From Candidatus Hydrogenedentota bacterium (GTDB taxonomy: Bacteria > Hydrogenedentota > Hydrogenedentia > Hydrogenedentales > JAEUWI01): a stretch of DNA of 64,000 nucleotides. The DNA is taken from the NCBI GenBank assembly GCA_034669905.1, contig JAXMOL010000008.1, forward strand, positions 32,001 to 96,000, written 5' to 3'. Within the stretch, counting starts at the first letter, position 1; every line of letters begins with the position of its first letter. Positions 1 through 9,576 of this stretch are shown here, piece after piece. Made by a program: the position numbers and the translations under genes. The notes beneath the pieces are model-generated. The model made no database searches. It was not told the DNA's origin and was given only the letters and a program-made list of their open reading frames with translations.

Positions 1-687
1 GATAGTGAGAATATGTTCAAAGGCCATCCGCGCCCGGGCCTGGTCGGCCGCCTCGCTGCTTTCCGGAAAATGGATCTGATGGATGCAATCCGAAAGGGCA
101 GCCAGCCCTTCGGCTTCTCGGACCGCGTCGGGCAGGGTTTCCGGAAGGGTCCCGTCTACGAGGGACAGGGCATCGCGTACGAGGGTGCGTAACATCCGCT
201 GCCCAACTTGCTCGGTCAGGCGGTAGATAGGCACGATGGCCCCGCTCAACGGCTCATCCGCCTCCCCGCTGTCCACCACCTCATAATCAGGCCCTTTGAG
301 TGCGAGCCCCTGGTAGCGCTCGACCACGCCATGGAATATGGCCTTCACACCGGGCCGAAGGGTCGAATTGGCCAGGTAGCCCCGGCCGAAGAAGGTTGCC
401 CGCATCGTACCCGTTTCGTCTTCCAGCGTAAGAATCGCCATGGAGTTCCGGCCCCGCATCCGCTGATTCCGCGCACTCTTCACGGTGGCTAACACGGTTA
501 CCCGTTCGCCCTCCTCCACCTCACCAATGGCGGCAAAAGATCGGCGGTCCTGGTAGTCCCGGGGAAAGTGGTAGAGCAGATCGCCGATGCATTCAATGCC
601 CAATTGGGCGAGTAACTCGGCCCGCTTTGGCCCCACCCCGGGCAACAGGGTTACGGGTTGTTTGAGCGTTGGTGCATGTGCGGTCAT
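1..687 (-). CDS. recG: ATP-dependent DNA helicase RecG, N-terminal part (runs off window start)
   Basis: Manual translation from ATG at 687: MTAHAPTLKQPVTLLPGVGPKRAELLAQLGIECIGDLLYHFPRDYQDR...IVPIYRLTE...IHFPES...ARRRMAFE, the typical RecG wedge-domain region. Absent from ORF track because it is truncated. Confidence 0.92.
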   Translation of the reverse strand, partial: MTAHAPTLKQPVTLLPGVGPKRAELLAQLGIECIGDLLYHFPRDYQDRRSFAAIGEVEEGERVTVLATVKSARNQRMRGRNSMAILTLEDETGTMRATFFGRGYLANSTLRPGVKAIFHGVVERYQGLALKGPDYEVVDSGEADEPLSGAIVPIYRLTEQVGQRMLRTLVRDALSLVDGTLPETLPDAVREAEGLAALSDCIHQIHFPESSEAADQARARMAFEHILTI

Positions 688-864
688 GGAAATGCTTTTC
701 GGAAATCGGTCATCGGGTTTGGGAGCGTGCCGCAACCATACCGAGGGTAACGGCGGGGGCGCAAGTTTCCCCGCTGCCGGGTCGATTCGCCCTGACGGCA
801 AATGGCGGGGTACAATAGCGCGCTGAACCGCCCCAAGTCTTCCCAACTGGAATACGCGATTGTG

Positions 865-2505
865 ATGTCCCGACGCCTCATAGCCCCGCTCTGTACGGTT
901 TTCTTTCTGGCCCTTGCCTCCACGGCAGGTGCCCACCCCCTGGGCGACTTCTCCATTAACCAATACTTCGTGGTTGATGCGACGCAGCCGACCCTCCGAC
1001 TCCACTATCTGCTGGACGTGGCCGAGATTCCCTCCTTCACGGAGCTGGATATGCTCGACACCAATTTCGACAGTGAAATTAAGAAGGACGAAGTCGAACG
1101 CTACCTGGAACAGCGCATCCCCCAATTAGAGGCCCAACTGGCCCTGGAAGTTGGTGGGAATGAAACGCCGCTGACGCTCCTGCGCCACAAACTGGTGTTG
1201 CTCCAGGGCAACAGCGGCATGGTGGTCTTCAATATTCTACTGGACCTGGAGGCCCGGGACCTGGCCTGGCCGCCTTCGGACACGACGAAACTCACCGTTC
1301 GTTCCTCCAATTATCCGCTGGAACAGGGCACCCACGAGTGCCTGCTCTTGCCCGGTAGCCAGCTGATGGACGTGACGGAAAGCAACGCGGATGGGCTAAC
1401 GGGCGTCAACGACCTGCCCGGCGTCTACACCAACCGGGAAGCGCAGTTTGTGTTGACGCTCCGCCCGGGAACTACGGCGATGGCCTATCCCACCGCCGAA
1501 GACGCATCAACCTTTTCGTGGACATCGACGGTGCGGCTTGCCGAAGCCCAGGGCGAGGCCGGGGTGGCGGAGGGCATGGCGCAGGCCATGGTGGAGCCCG
1601 GATTCCAAGATGACTTCCCGGGAGGGCCGGGAAAACCCATCCTGTCCATCGCGAGCGATGTGTCTCCCGCCACCTTCGCAACGGGGACGCGGACCGCAGA
1701 GGACAGCTATGCCGCCCGCCTCATGAACCGGGTGTCGGTCATTGTGCGGGAGCCGGATCTCGCGCCTTCCCTGCTGGTTTTGGGGCTGTTGATAGCCGCA
1801 CTGTTGGGCATGGGCCATGCCCTTGCGCCGGGCCATGGTAAGACGGTGATGGCGGCCTATCTGGTGGGGGAACGGGGCACCATGTGGCATGCCCTGATAT
1901 TGGGCGTCGTGGTCACCATCACGCACACCTGGAGCGTTATTTTCCTGGGGCTCGTGACCCTGTACTTTGACGATTGGCTCTCGGAGGAACAGGTCAATTT
2001 CTGGACCGGAATCCTCTCGGGACTCATCATCGTTGTCATCGGTCTGGTCTTATTTCGCCAACGCTACTATCGGCTACTGGCCGACGCCCAGGGCAAGGGC
2101 GGCGACTGGCAGTTCGCACATGGCCATGACCATGTGCCCGAAGAAAAGACGCTGCTCGTGGAACCCGGGGCGGCACCAAGCTACCGAAACATCCTTTGGT
2201 TGGGGATTTCTGGTGGTATCGTGCCCTGCCCGGCGGCCCTCATTGTGCTGCTCCTCGCCCTTAAGGTGGGACGTTTAAGCTATGGTCTTGGCCTGCTGGT
2301 AGCCTTCAGCCTGGGATTGGCAGCTGTGCTCGTGCTTATCGGCATCCTGGTGGTGCGGGCATCCCGACTTTTTCAGCGGCAAAGTGCGGTGCGTCACCCC
2401 GTGATTCAGGCACTTCCCCTCGCATCTGCGGGGCTGATCACCCTCCTTGGGGGCTGGGTCGTCTTCTGGACCCTCATCCAATTTGACTTGTTCCAAATCG
2501 GATGA
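865..2505 (+). CDS. Nickel/cobalt transporter (RcnA/HoxN-like) with N-terminal exported domain
   Basis: Signal peptide then HPLGDFSINQY; C-terminal TM domain with GMGHALAPGHGKTVMAAYLVG, HGHDH linker and GGIVPCPAA motifs. Start chosen at ATG 865 within ORF 802..2505. Confidence 0.85.
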   Translation: MSRRLIAPLCTVFFLALASTAGAHPLGDFSINQYFVVDATQPTLRLHYLLDVAEIPSFTELDMLDTNFDSEIKKDEVERYLEQRIPQLEAQLALEVGGNETPLTLLRHKLVLLQGNSGMVVFNILLDLEARDLAWPPSDTTKLTVRSSNYPLEQGTHECLLLPGSQLMDVTESNADGLTGVNDLPGVYTNREAQFVLTLRPGTTAMAYPTAEDASTFSWTSTVRLAEAQGEAGVAEGMAQAMVEPGFQDDFPGGPGKPILSIASDVSPATFATGTRTAEDSYAARLMNRVSVIVREPDLAPSLLVLGLLIAALLGMGHALAPGHGKTVMAAYLVGERGTMWHALILGVVVTITHTWSVIFLGLVTLYFDDWLSEEQVNFWTGILSGLIIVVIGLVLFRQRYYRLLADAQGKGGDWQFAHGHDHVPEEKTLLVEPGAAPSYRNILWLGISGGIVPCPAALIVLLLALKVGRLSYGLGLLVAFSLGLAAVLVLIGILVVRASRLFQRQSAVRHPVIQALPLASAGLITLLGGWVVFWTLIQFDLFQIG

Positions 2506-2753
2506 GGCCTCTCGCCTGCCCCTGACGCCCTGCCCGTCCCTCGGCCACAATTCATGGGAAAATGGCGAATACTGTTCCCTTTGGACGACTTTTGGTCTCA
2601 TAATACGACCATTTTGTAATAGATCTGTCACACCCCATGGTCAAACAGGGGTGATCTTCCATAAAAACCCGAAGTCGGCCTACATGAATGTACGCTTTCA
2701 TTTTTTAGACAAGTTGTGTATACTAAGGGTGGATTTAGGCACGATAGACCGAG

Positions 2754-2781
2754 AGCGGGGCGACAGTTCCGCTTTTTTTTC
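2754..2781 (+). terminator. Terminator-like hairpin with T-tract
   Basis: agcggggc-gaca-gttccgct followed by a T run. Confidence 0.45.
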
Positions 2782-2804
2782 TGCCCATTTCCATAACCCC
2801 CTCG

Positions 2805-2839
2805 GAGGCGACCGTGCGCACCGTCGCCTCTCTTTCTTT
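2805..2839 (+). terminator. Second terminator-like hairpin
   Basis: gaggcgac...gtcgcctc followed by tctttcttt. Confidence 0.45.
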
Positions 2840-3013
2840 ACCGAACGGTACGTTAGTACACCCTTGCAGCCAAGCGGCCCCATCGTCTAGGATGGGAACG
2901 TGCCGCCACCGTGCCGCCCTTCGGAACGCATGGTGGCTCCGGCACACCCCACGTTTTTTTCGACCGCGTTCCCCTGCGGTGACCCTACAACACTAATCAC
3001 GAGAGGGATTCCT

Positions 3014-4288
3014 GTGAAGACTACCCCCACCTCCAAAAGCACCCGGCGCCAGTTTCTCGGCACGTCGGCAGCGATTGGCCTCTTTACCATCGTTCCCCGG
3101 AAGGCCCTCGGCGGCCCCGGACATACCCCCCCCAGTGAAGAACTCACCAAGGCCGTGATCGGCGTAGGCGGCATGGGCCGGGGACACCTCGGCTACCCGG
3201 GCTCCCGATTGCTGGCCGTCTGTGACGTCGATCGTGCCCATGTCAACACGGCACTCGAACGGGTCGATGATTACGTCAAGGGCTATTCCGATTTCCGCGA
3301 AGTACTGGATCGGGATGATATCGACATTGTCCACGTGCCGACCCCGCCCCACTGGCACGCCCTGATTTCCATCGCCGCCGCCGAAGCCGGCAAAGACATC
3401 TGGTGTGAAAAGCCCATGGCCCGCACCATCTATGAGAGCCAGAAGGTGGTGGAAGCGGTGCAAAAGCACGACCGCATGTTCCGCCTGAATACCTGGTTCC
3501 GCTTCCAAGGCGGCTTTTACGGGATGGGCACCGAAGTGAAGCCCATTAAGAAGTGCGTGGAAAACCGCCTCCTGGGCTGGCCCCTCAAGGTCACCGTGGG
3601 TGCGACCACCGGCTTCAACTGGAAATTTCAGTGGAGCGGCCTGACGGACCTCAAGCCCGAGCCTATCCCCGAGACCCTCGACTACGACATGTGGCTCGGA
3701 CCGGCGCCCTGGAAGCCCTACAGCAAGCACCGCACCCATGCCACCTTCCGGGGCTATTGGGATTACGACGGCGGCGGCCTGGGCGACATGGGCCAGCACT
3801 ACCTGGACCCGGTGCAGTACTTCCTCGAGAAGGACGACACAAGTCCGGTAGAAATTGAAGTGGACGCACCCCAACAGCACGATGATGCCGTGGGCTCCTG
3901 GCGGCGTATCACCTATCGCTATGCCGATGGCTGCGAGATCATTCTCGATGGCGCGGGCACGGACGAAGGGGTGGCCTATATCGAAGGTCCGGAAGGAAAA
4001 CTCTTCCAGAAATTCGAATCGGACATAACCGGCCTGAAAGAAAAGGTAGACGCCCTGCCCGATCCCGCGCCCCAGATTACGGACTTCTCCGAATCGGTCC
4101 GGACCCGTAAGAAGTTTGCCCTCAACGAATCCAACGGCCACCGCTCCTGCACCCTCGTCAACCTGGGGGTCATCGCGGTGCGGCTGGGGCGCAACCTGCG
4201 CTTTGACCCCGATGCCCAGCGCTTCATTGATGACGAAGGGGCCAATCGCCTCCTCCATCAACCCATGCGCGGACCCTGGCACGTATAG
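3014..4288 (+). CDS. Tat-exported Gfo/Idh/MocA family oxidoreductase
   Basis: TRRQFL Tat motif, IGVGGMG Rossmann loop, TPPHWH, CEKP, DYDMWLGPAP, DMGQH; GTG start at 3014 after gagaggga. Confidence 0.9.
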   Translation: MKTTPTSKSTRRQFLGTSAAIGLFTIVPRKALGGPGHTPPSEELTKAVIGVGGMGRGHLGYPGSRLLAVCDVDRAHVNTALERVDDYVKGYSDFREVLDRDDIDIVHVPTPPHWHALISIAAAEAGKDIWCEKPMARTIYESQKVVEAVQKHDRMFRLNTWFRFQGGFYGMGTEVKPIKKCVENRLLGWPLKVTVGATTGFNWKFQWSGLTDLKPEPIPETLDYDMWLGPAPWKPYSKHRTHATFRGYWDYDGGGLGDMGQHYLDPVQYFLEKDDTSPVEIEVDAPQQHDDAVGSWRRITYRYADGCEIILDGAGTDEGVAYIEGPEGKLFQKFESDITGLKEKVDALPDPAPQITDFSESVRTRKKFALNESNGHRSCTLVNLGVIAVRLGRNLRFDPDAQRFIDDEGANRLLHQPMRGPWHV

Positions 4289-4338
4289 CAACGACAATTC
4301 ACCCCCGCGCAAGACGCCCGGGTGGTTGAGAGGATAGC

Positions 4339-5199
4339 TTGATGATACAGAAGATGAATCCATTGGCGCTCGGCCTCGCTGCATTGGTCGCGGGCCTTTG
4401 CGCTCCCCTGGCCGGTGCCGATGTGGCCGCCATTGTGGCCCAGTTTCCCGCCAACGATGCCGCCGCAGCCAACGCCCTGTTTGAAGCCCTCCTCGATGAA
4501 GGAGACGATGCCATCGAAGGGCTTTGTGACCAACTGGTGCCCCTGGGTGCCGGTGACGACAATGGGCCCCGCTACGCCCTGACCGGTCTGGCCCGCTATG
4601 TGAGCCGTCCCGGTGCGGAAGAGGACCGGGAAGACGTGGAGGACGCCCTCCTGGAAGCCCTGGAAGATGAAGACAACGCGGAAGTGAAGCAGTTTCTGCT
4701 CCGCCAGTTACAGCAGTGCGGTGGCAATGAAACGGTATCCGAAGTGGGCGGGCTGCTCCTCGACGACGCAACCGCCTCCCATACCATCCTCACGCTCGAC
4801 GCTATTGGCACGAGGAAGGCCAAGCGGACGCTCACCAAGGCGCTGAAGAAAACGAAAGGCACCACCCAGATCCAGATCCTGGCGGCCCTTTCCGACGATG
4901 GTCGTAATCGCACGGCGGCTAATGTGATCGAAGATCGCCTCCAAGCCCAGCCCGAAGCCGATGAATACGTCCATCTGCTCTCCCTGCTGGTGGCCTTCCA
5001 GGGCCACAAGGCCCACGGCGCCCTCATCGACGCCATGGACCGGGAAGAAGCCCGTTGCCGGAAAGCCGCACTGAGTCACGCCTCCACCATGATGGACACG
5101 TCTGCGGTGAAGAAGTGGCGGAAAAAGGTGGCGGACGCCGATACGTCGGACGCGGTGAAGCGGGAGATTGGGGCCTTGCTGGCCGCCGCTTCCGAGTAG
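4339..5199 (+). CDS. Secreted HEAT-repeat-like helical protein
   Basis: Signal peptide, Ala/Leu-rich helical repeats (EVKQFLLRQLQQCG, RCRKAAL); directly downstream of the oxidoreductase. Confidence 0.7.
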   Translation: MMIQKMNPLALGLAALVAGLCAPLAGADVAAIVAQFPANDAAAANALFEALLDEGDDAIEGLCDQLVPLGAGDDNGPRYALTGLARYVSRPGAEEDREDVEDALLEALEDEDNAEVKQFLLRQLQQCGGNETVSEVGGLLLDDATASHTILTLDAIGTRKAKRTLTKALKKTKGTTQIQILAALSDDGRNRTAANVIEDRLQAQPEADEYVHLLSLLVAFQGHKAHGALIDAMDREEARCRKAALSHASTMMDTSAVKKWRKKVADADTSDAVKREIGALLAAASE

Positions 5200-5224
5200 C
5201 AACATATCGAATCGTTTGTGTCTG

Positions 5225-5256
5225 AATGGCCCCGAATACTCGGGGCCATTTTCTTT
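5225..5256 (+). terminator. Rho-independent terminator
   Basis: aatggccccga-atac-tcggggccatt-ttcttt. Confidence 0.8.
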
Positions 5257-5392
5257 AACGTGGAAGTCACTCTCGCGCCCGCACAAGCCGATTCGATCAT
5301 TCGGCGGTGCCATGACATTCCGTAGATAGCATAAAAACGCTCCCCACACGATCCGGATAGATTTGGCAGAAGGAATTTGAGACACTGGGGCC

Positions 5393-6457
5393 ATGAACGA
5401 AAGCAACAGCCCCGACAACCACGACGACCTCTTGTGGAACGCCATTGCCTCCCGTGACGGACGCTTCGATGGGGTCCTCTTTTATGGGGTCACCTCAACG
5501 GGCATCTTTTGCAAGCCCACGTGTCCCAGCCGACGGCCTGCCCGGGCGAACGCCCGCTTTTTCTCGTGTCCGGAGGATGCCGTGGCCGCTGGATTTCGTC
5601 CCTGCAAACGGTGTACGCCGGACGTTATCCCAGCGGTCAACGAGAATGTGACGCGGGTGATGCAGGCCGTGCGCTTCATCGATGCCCACGACACACGGAA
5701 CCCGACCTTGCGCATCCTGGGTGCCCACGTGGGACTGAGTCCCCAGCACTTTCAAAAGCTCTTCACCGCCACCCTCGGGGTAAGTCCCCAGCAGTATGCC
5801 ACGGCCCTGCGGGTCAATCGCTTTAAGCAACAGGTGCAGGCCGGGGAATCGCTCACCGACGCCGCGCTCGATGCCGGTTTCGGCTCCTCCAGCCGACTCT
5901 ACGAACGGGCGGCCGAACACCTGGGCATGACACCGGGGCGCTACAAGAAACAGGGCGCGGGGCTCACCATCCGTTACCATCATGGGGAAACCGCGCTGGG
6001 CATCCTGCTGCTGGCTGCCACGGAGCAGGGCCTGTGCAGCGTACAGTTGGGCGACACGGTGGCACCTCTATTGGCGGAACTGGAGCAGGAGTTCGCCCAG
6101 GCCACACGCATTCGGGATGGCCAGACCCTGGGCCCCTGGCTCGATGCCTTTCGGGCCTACCTCGATGGCACGGAGCGCCTGCCCGAGTTTCCCCTCGATG
6201 TGCAGGCGACGGCCTTTCAGGCGCGGGTGTGGCAGGCCCTCCGGAACATCCCCCGGGGCCAGACCCTGAGCTATTCCGAACTGGCCCAGGCCATCGGGGA
6301 ACCCAACGCCACCCGGGCGGTCGCCAGTGCCTGTGCCCGCAACCCGGTGGCCTTGACCATCCCCTGCCACCGTATCGTGCCCCGGACGGGTGGCTTCGGT
6401 GGCTATCGCTGGGACCCGAAACGCAAAAAGCGTCTCCTGGAGATAGAACGGTTTTGA
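5393..6457 (+). CDS. ada: Bifunctional transcriptional activator / O6-methylguanine-DNA methyltransferase Ada
   Basis: N-terminal Zn site TGIFCKPTCPSR...FRPCKRC, AraC-type HTH, C-terminal active site IPCHR. Confidence 0.95.
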   Translation: MNESNSPDNHDDLLWNAIASRDGRFDGVLFYGVTSTGIFCKPTCPSRRPARANARFFSCPEDAVAAGFRPCKRCTPDVIPAVNENVTRVMQAVRFIDAHDTRNPTLRILGAHVGLSPQHFQKLFTATLGVSPQQYATALRVNRFKQQVQAGESLTDAALDAGFGSSSRLYERAAEHLGMTPGRYKKQGAGLTIRYHHGETALGILLLAATEQGLCSVQLGDTVAPLLAELEQEFAQATRIRDGQTLGPWLDAFRAYLDGTERLPEFPLDVQATAFQARVWQALRNIPRGQTLSYSELAQAIGEPNATRAVASACARNPVALTIPCHRIVPRTGGFGGYRWDPKRKKRLLEIERF

Positions 6458-6489
6458 CAGTGGATAGTGGACAGTGGATAGTGGATAGT
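6455..6489. repeat. Heptamer tandem repeat TGGA(C/T)AG, about 5 units
   Basis: tgacag tggatag tggacag tggatag tggatag, starting in the ada stop codon. Confidence 0.8.
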
Positions 6490-6507
6490 TTGAAACTGTG
6501 AATTGTG

Positions 6508-6632
6508 CCTTCACCCTTCACCCTTCACCCTTCACCCTTCACCCTTCACCCTTCACCCTTCACCCTTCACCCTTCACCCTTCACCCTTCACCCTTCACCC
6601 TTCACCCTTCACCCTTCACCCTTCACCCTTCA
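6508..6632. repeat. Perfect heptamer tandem array (CCTTCAC) x about 18
   Basis: Directly visible over 125 bp; overlaps the 3' end of the 6616..7545 gene. Confidence 0.98.
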
Positions 6633-7545
6633 AACTCAACCCTTTCAGGGTGATTTCACAATCGTAGGGACCCGGCACTTCCCAGCCGAGGTTGAAGGAG
6701 GTCAGTTGGAGATCTTCGAAGGCGGTATGGATCAGAAATCCCTTGGCCTGCGAAGCGGCCAACGCTTCTTGGAGTAAGGCCACGAGATCGCCACGTAAGG
6801 CATGCCACTTCCCGTCACCGGTGGCTCCCTGATAAAAGTCTTTGCCCGGCAAGGTGCAAATAAACTTGCCCGTCGCGTCGTCTTTCCCGATGTCCAGCGC
6901 CTGGTGGCCGGGGGGCAGGTCGTAGCGCACGTCAAACATGGGCAGGCCAAACCAGATCATATCGTTGAAATCGGGACTCGCCCCATTCTTATTGTGGACG
7001 GTGAAGAACGCGGTAATCTGACCGGTGTGGGCACCGGGGTCCACTGTTTTCTCGGTAGCGACCTCGCACCGGGCCACGCGGAAGTCTAAGCTGAAATCGG
7101 CCGTTGCATAATCGGCCAATCGCACAGGCGTGTCAAAGCGCTGCTCCACCAAGAGGTGGGGCCAGGGCTCGCCTTTCTTGCGCAACGCGCCGCTATACTC
7201 CACCCCACCATTTACCCTCAGGGTGACGCCTTGGCCCGCGAGGCCGCCGGGATGGATGACCACTTCCTTGGCGGCATTTTTCATGACGCGCGTGCCGTCA
7301 TTCTCGACCGATACTGGCGCGCCTTCCAGGCTGTATTGGGTGCCCCATTGGGCCAGTCGCCACGCCGGGTCCGGAGCTTCCGGTTCTTGAAGAATGGGCC
7401 CCAGGATCAGCGGGGTGGCCCCCGAATGCACCGCCGAAAGGTTCAGGCCCTGCTTGAGCGCCAGATCGGTAAACAATTCCGTTCCGTGCACGGGCATAAC
7501 GGAAAGCAGGAAGATGGCGGGGATAAAGAAACTGCGCATTAACAT
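6616..7545 (-). CDS. Hypothetical secreted protein
   Basis: 309 aa, N-terminal signal peptide, beta-rich and Trp-rich (WRLAQW, WPHLLVEQ, NLGWEVPG). Confidence 0.75.
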   Translation of the reverse strand: MLMRSFFIPAIFLLSVMPVHGTELFTDLALKQGLNLSAVHSGATPLILGPILQEPEAPDPAWRLAQWGTQYSLEGAPVSVENDGTRVMKNAAKEVVIHPGGLAGQGVTLRVNGGVEYSGALRKKGEPWPHLLVEQRFDTPVRLADYATADFSLDFRVARCEVATEKTVDPGAHTGQITAFFTVHNKNGASPDFNDMIWFGLPMFDVRYDLPPGHQALDIGKDDATGKFICTLPGKDFYQGATGDGKWHALRGDLVALLQEALAASQAKGFLIHTAFEDLQLTSFNLGWEVPGPYDCEITLKGLSLKGEG

Positions 7546-7793
7546 GTACTACCTTTCTCGGGTCAGGACCGAGTGGTCACTGACCGCATACTACCTCGCG
7601 GCATGTTGGTTTGTTCATCGCATAGGTAGCGCCCGTCCCCGTAGAATGGATCGACCAAAGACCGTGCCGCTACGGTGTTCTTTGGTCAACGGTCGCGCCG
7701 CGAATTTCAATATAATGCCTCTGTGCCCCCTGCGCACGTATATCGCCAAGCTCGTCTTTCTCGCTGACTGACCGTCGCGCGGTGTGCCCCAAT

Positions 7794-8552
7794 TCAGGGC
7801 GTCGGGCCGATGAGCATGCCCCCATCCACGACGATGGTTTGACCGGTGACGAGTTGACTGCCGGTAACCAGACTGATGATGGCATCAGACACGTCTTCCG
7901 GCGTACAGACTTTGTGGAGGGGCGAGCGGTCTTCACACTGTTTCTTGACCATGTCGTAGGCATGGCCGAGGCCCTGCTTGAGCCATTCCCCTTCGATAAA
8001 TCCAGGGGCCACCGCATTGACCCGCACCTTGGGTGCACACACGCGGGCCAGGGCCACCGTCATGTTGAGCAAGGCCGCTTTGGACGCACAGTAGGGAATG
8101 GAACTGCCCGTAGCCGAGATACCGGCAATGCTGGCCACGTTGACCACGCAGCCGGATTCGCTCTTAGAAAGGACTGGCAAGGCAGCCCGTACCATCTGGA
8201 AGGGCCCCTTGAGGTTTACGCCCATGATCCGGTCCCAGTCGTCGTCGTCGACCTGGTCCAGGGCATTGTGGGGAATAAAGCTGGTCGTACCCGCGTTGTT
8301 CACCAGCGCATCGATCCGGCCGAGTCGTTCGACGGTGCATTCCACGAGGTGCTTGCAGGAGTCGTTGTCTGACACATCGGCCTGTACGGAAATGGCCTGA
8401 CCGCCCAGGGCCTGAATCGCCTGCACGACCGCCTCGGCTTCCCGGTGGGAACGGCTGTAGTTGATGGCGACGGCGTAATTCAGTTTGGCAAGAGCCAACG
8501 CGGTGGCCCGTCCTACTCCCCGGCTCGCACCGGTTACAATGGCCACTTTCAT
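7794..8552 (-). CDS. SDR family oxidoreductase
   Basis: TGASRGVG, VNNAG, YCASK catalytic motif, RVNAVAPG. Confidence 0.93.
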   Translation of the reverse strand: MKVAIVTGASRGVGRATALALAKLNYAVAINYSRSHREAEAVVQAIQALGGQAISVQADVSDNDSCKHLVECTVERLGRIDALVNNAGTTSFIPHNALDQVDDDDWDRIMGVNLKGPFQMVRAALPVLSKSESGCVVNVASIAGISATGSSIPYCASKAALLNMTVALARVCAPKVRVNAVAPGFIEGEWLKQGLGHAYDMVKKQCEDRSPLHKVCTPEDVSDAIISLVTGSQLVTGQTIVVDGGMLIGPTP

Positions 8553-8820
8553 GGAAGCACCCACAGCAAACTCCTTTTCTCGCGTGGACTACGCGTTTTG
8601 GGCCAGCCCGAATGACGATGGGGATTGGCCCCGCTCAGGATCGCGCTGGGGCAGGTCACGATAGGGCGCACAACCTCAGAACGACTGGTCGGTAGGATGC
8701 CACACCGGACGGCGAATCGCAACCCTTCGCATGTTTGCATACGGGACTCCGGTGCCCTAGAGTATGAGGGCAATCGACACCGCCCCCTGGGGTAGCGTGA
8801 CAACGACTGGGGACCTCAGC

Positions 8821-9576
8821 ATGCAACTACGTGCCGTATTGGAATACGGGTGGAAAGAGCGAACGGACTTGCCCTTCGCTACCGACTGGGACCGGGCCGC
8901 CGTCTCCGAAGAGGAGTCGGGGGGCTACGACGCGGCCCTGGCCCGTATCGTGACGGGACAGACCGCGGTGCAAGGGGTCGACAAACTCTTCCGGCGCCGC
9001 GGGGAGGTGGGCGTAGACCCCATCAAGCGTTTTGTCAAAGGACTCCTGGAATGTGACGACGACGCGACCTTAACCTGCCATATCGATTACTTCGCCTATG
9101 TCTTTCTCAAGGGCGCGAAGAACTTCGACTTCTTCTTTCCGGCGGTGAAAGAGGATTCCCAGATCCAACTCGCGCCCCTCTTCGGACCCGATGGCGTCGA
9201 ATCTATCATCGGCTCCATACAGGACTTTGAAATTACCGGGGGCGGCAACCTCGACAAGGGCATCAAGGCCACCTACCTGGACGCCCGGCCCCTGGCACAG
9301 CGGGAAAGCGCCCGGGATGAGTGGCGCACCCTGGGCGTATTGCTGTATAGCGGACCGTCCACCCTCGACAGCATCTCGAAAGATCTGGGGCTGGGCTACA
9401 CGCTGGCCGACCGGCTGCTCGTACCCTTTCGCCGATGCGGCCTCCTGCGCAAAGACGGGGCCGTCTATTGCCTGGAAACGGCCCCGGCGAAAATGGCCAT
9501 TACCCTTGCCCTCCTGCGGGCGGTGCTGGGACTGAATCCCCTGGAAGAGGAGCGGACCCTGTGGAAGCTATCGTAG
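8821..9576 (+). CDS. Hypothetical protein with probable C-terminal winged-helix domain
   Basis: LLYSGPSTLDSISKDLGLGYTLADRLLVPFRRCGLLRKDGAVY fits a wHTH pattern; overlaps the next gene. Confidence 0.65.
   Translation: MQLRAVLEYGWKERTDLPFATDWDRAAVSEEESGGYDAALARIVTGQTAVQGVDKLFRRRGEVGVDPIKRFVKGLLECDDDATLTCHIDYFAYVFLKGAKNFDFFFPAVKEDSQIQLAPLFGPDGVESIIGSIQDFEITGGGNLDKGIKATYLDARPLAQRESARDEWRTLGVLLYSGPSTLDSISKDLGLGYTLADRLLVPFRRCGLLRKDGAVYCLETAPAKMAITLALLRAVLGLNPLEEERTLWKLS

Noticed and set aside
6505..6777. ORF with (PSPFTLH)n peptide
   Set aside because: Translation of the heptamer array; overlaps a real gene on the opposite strand
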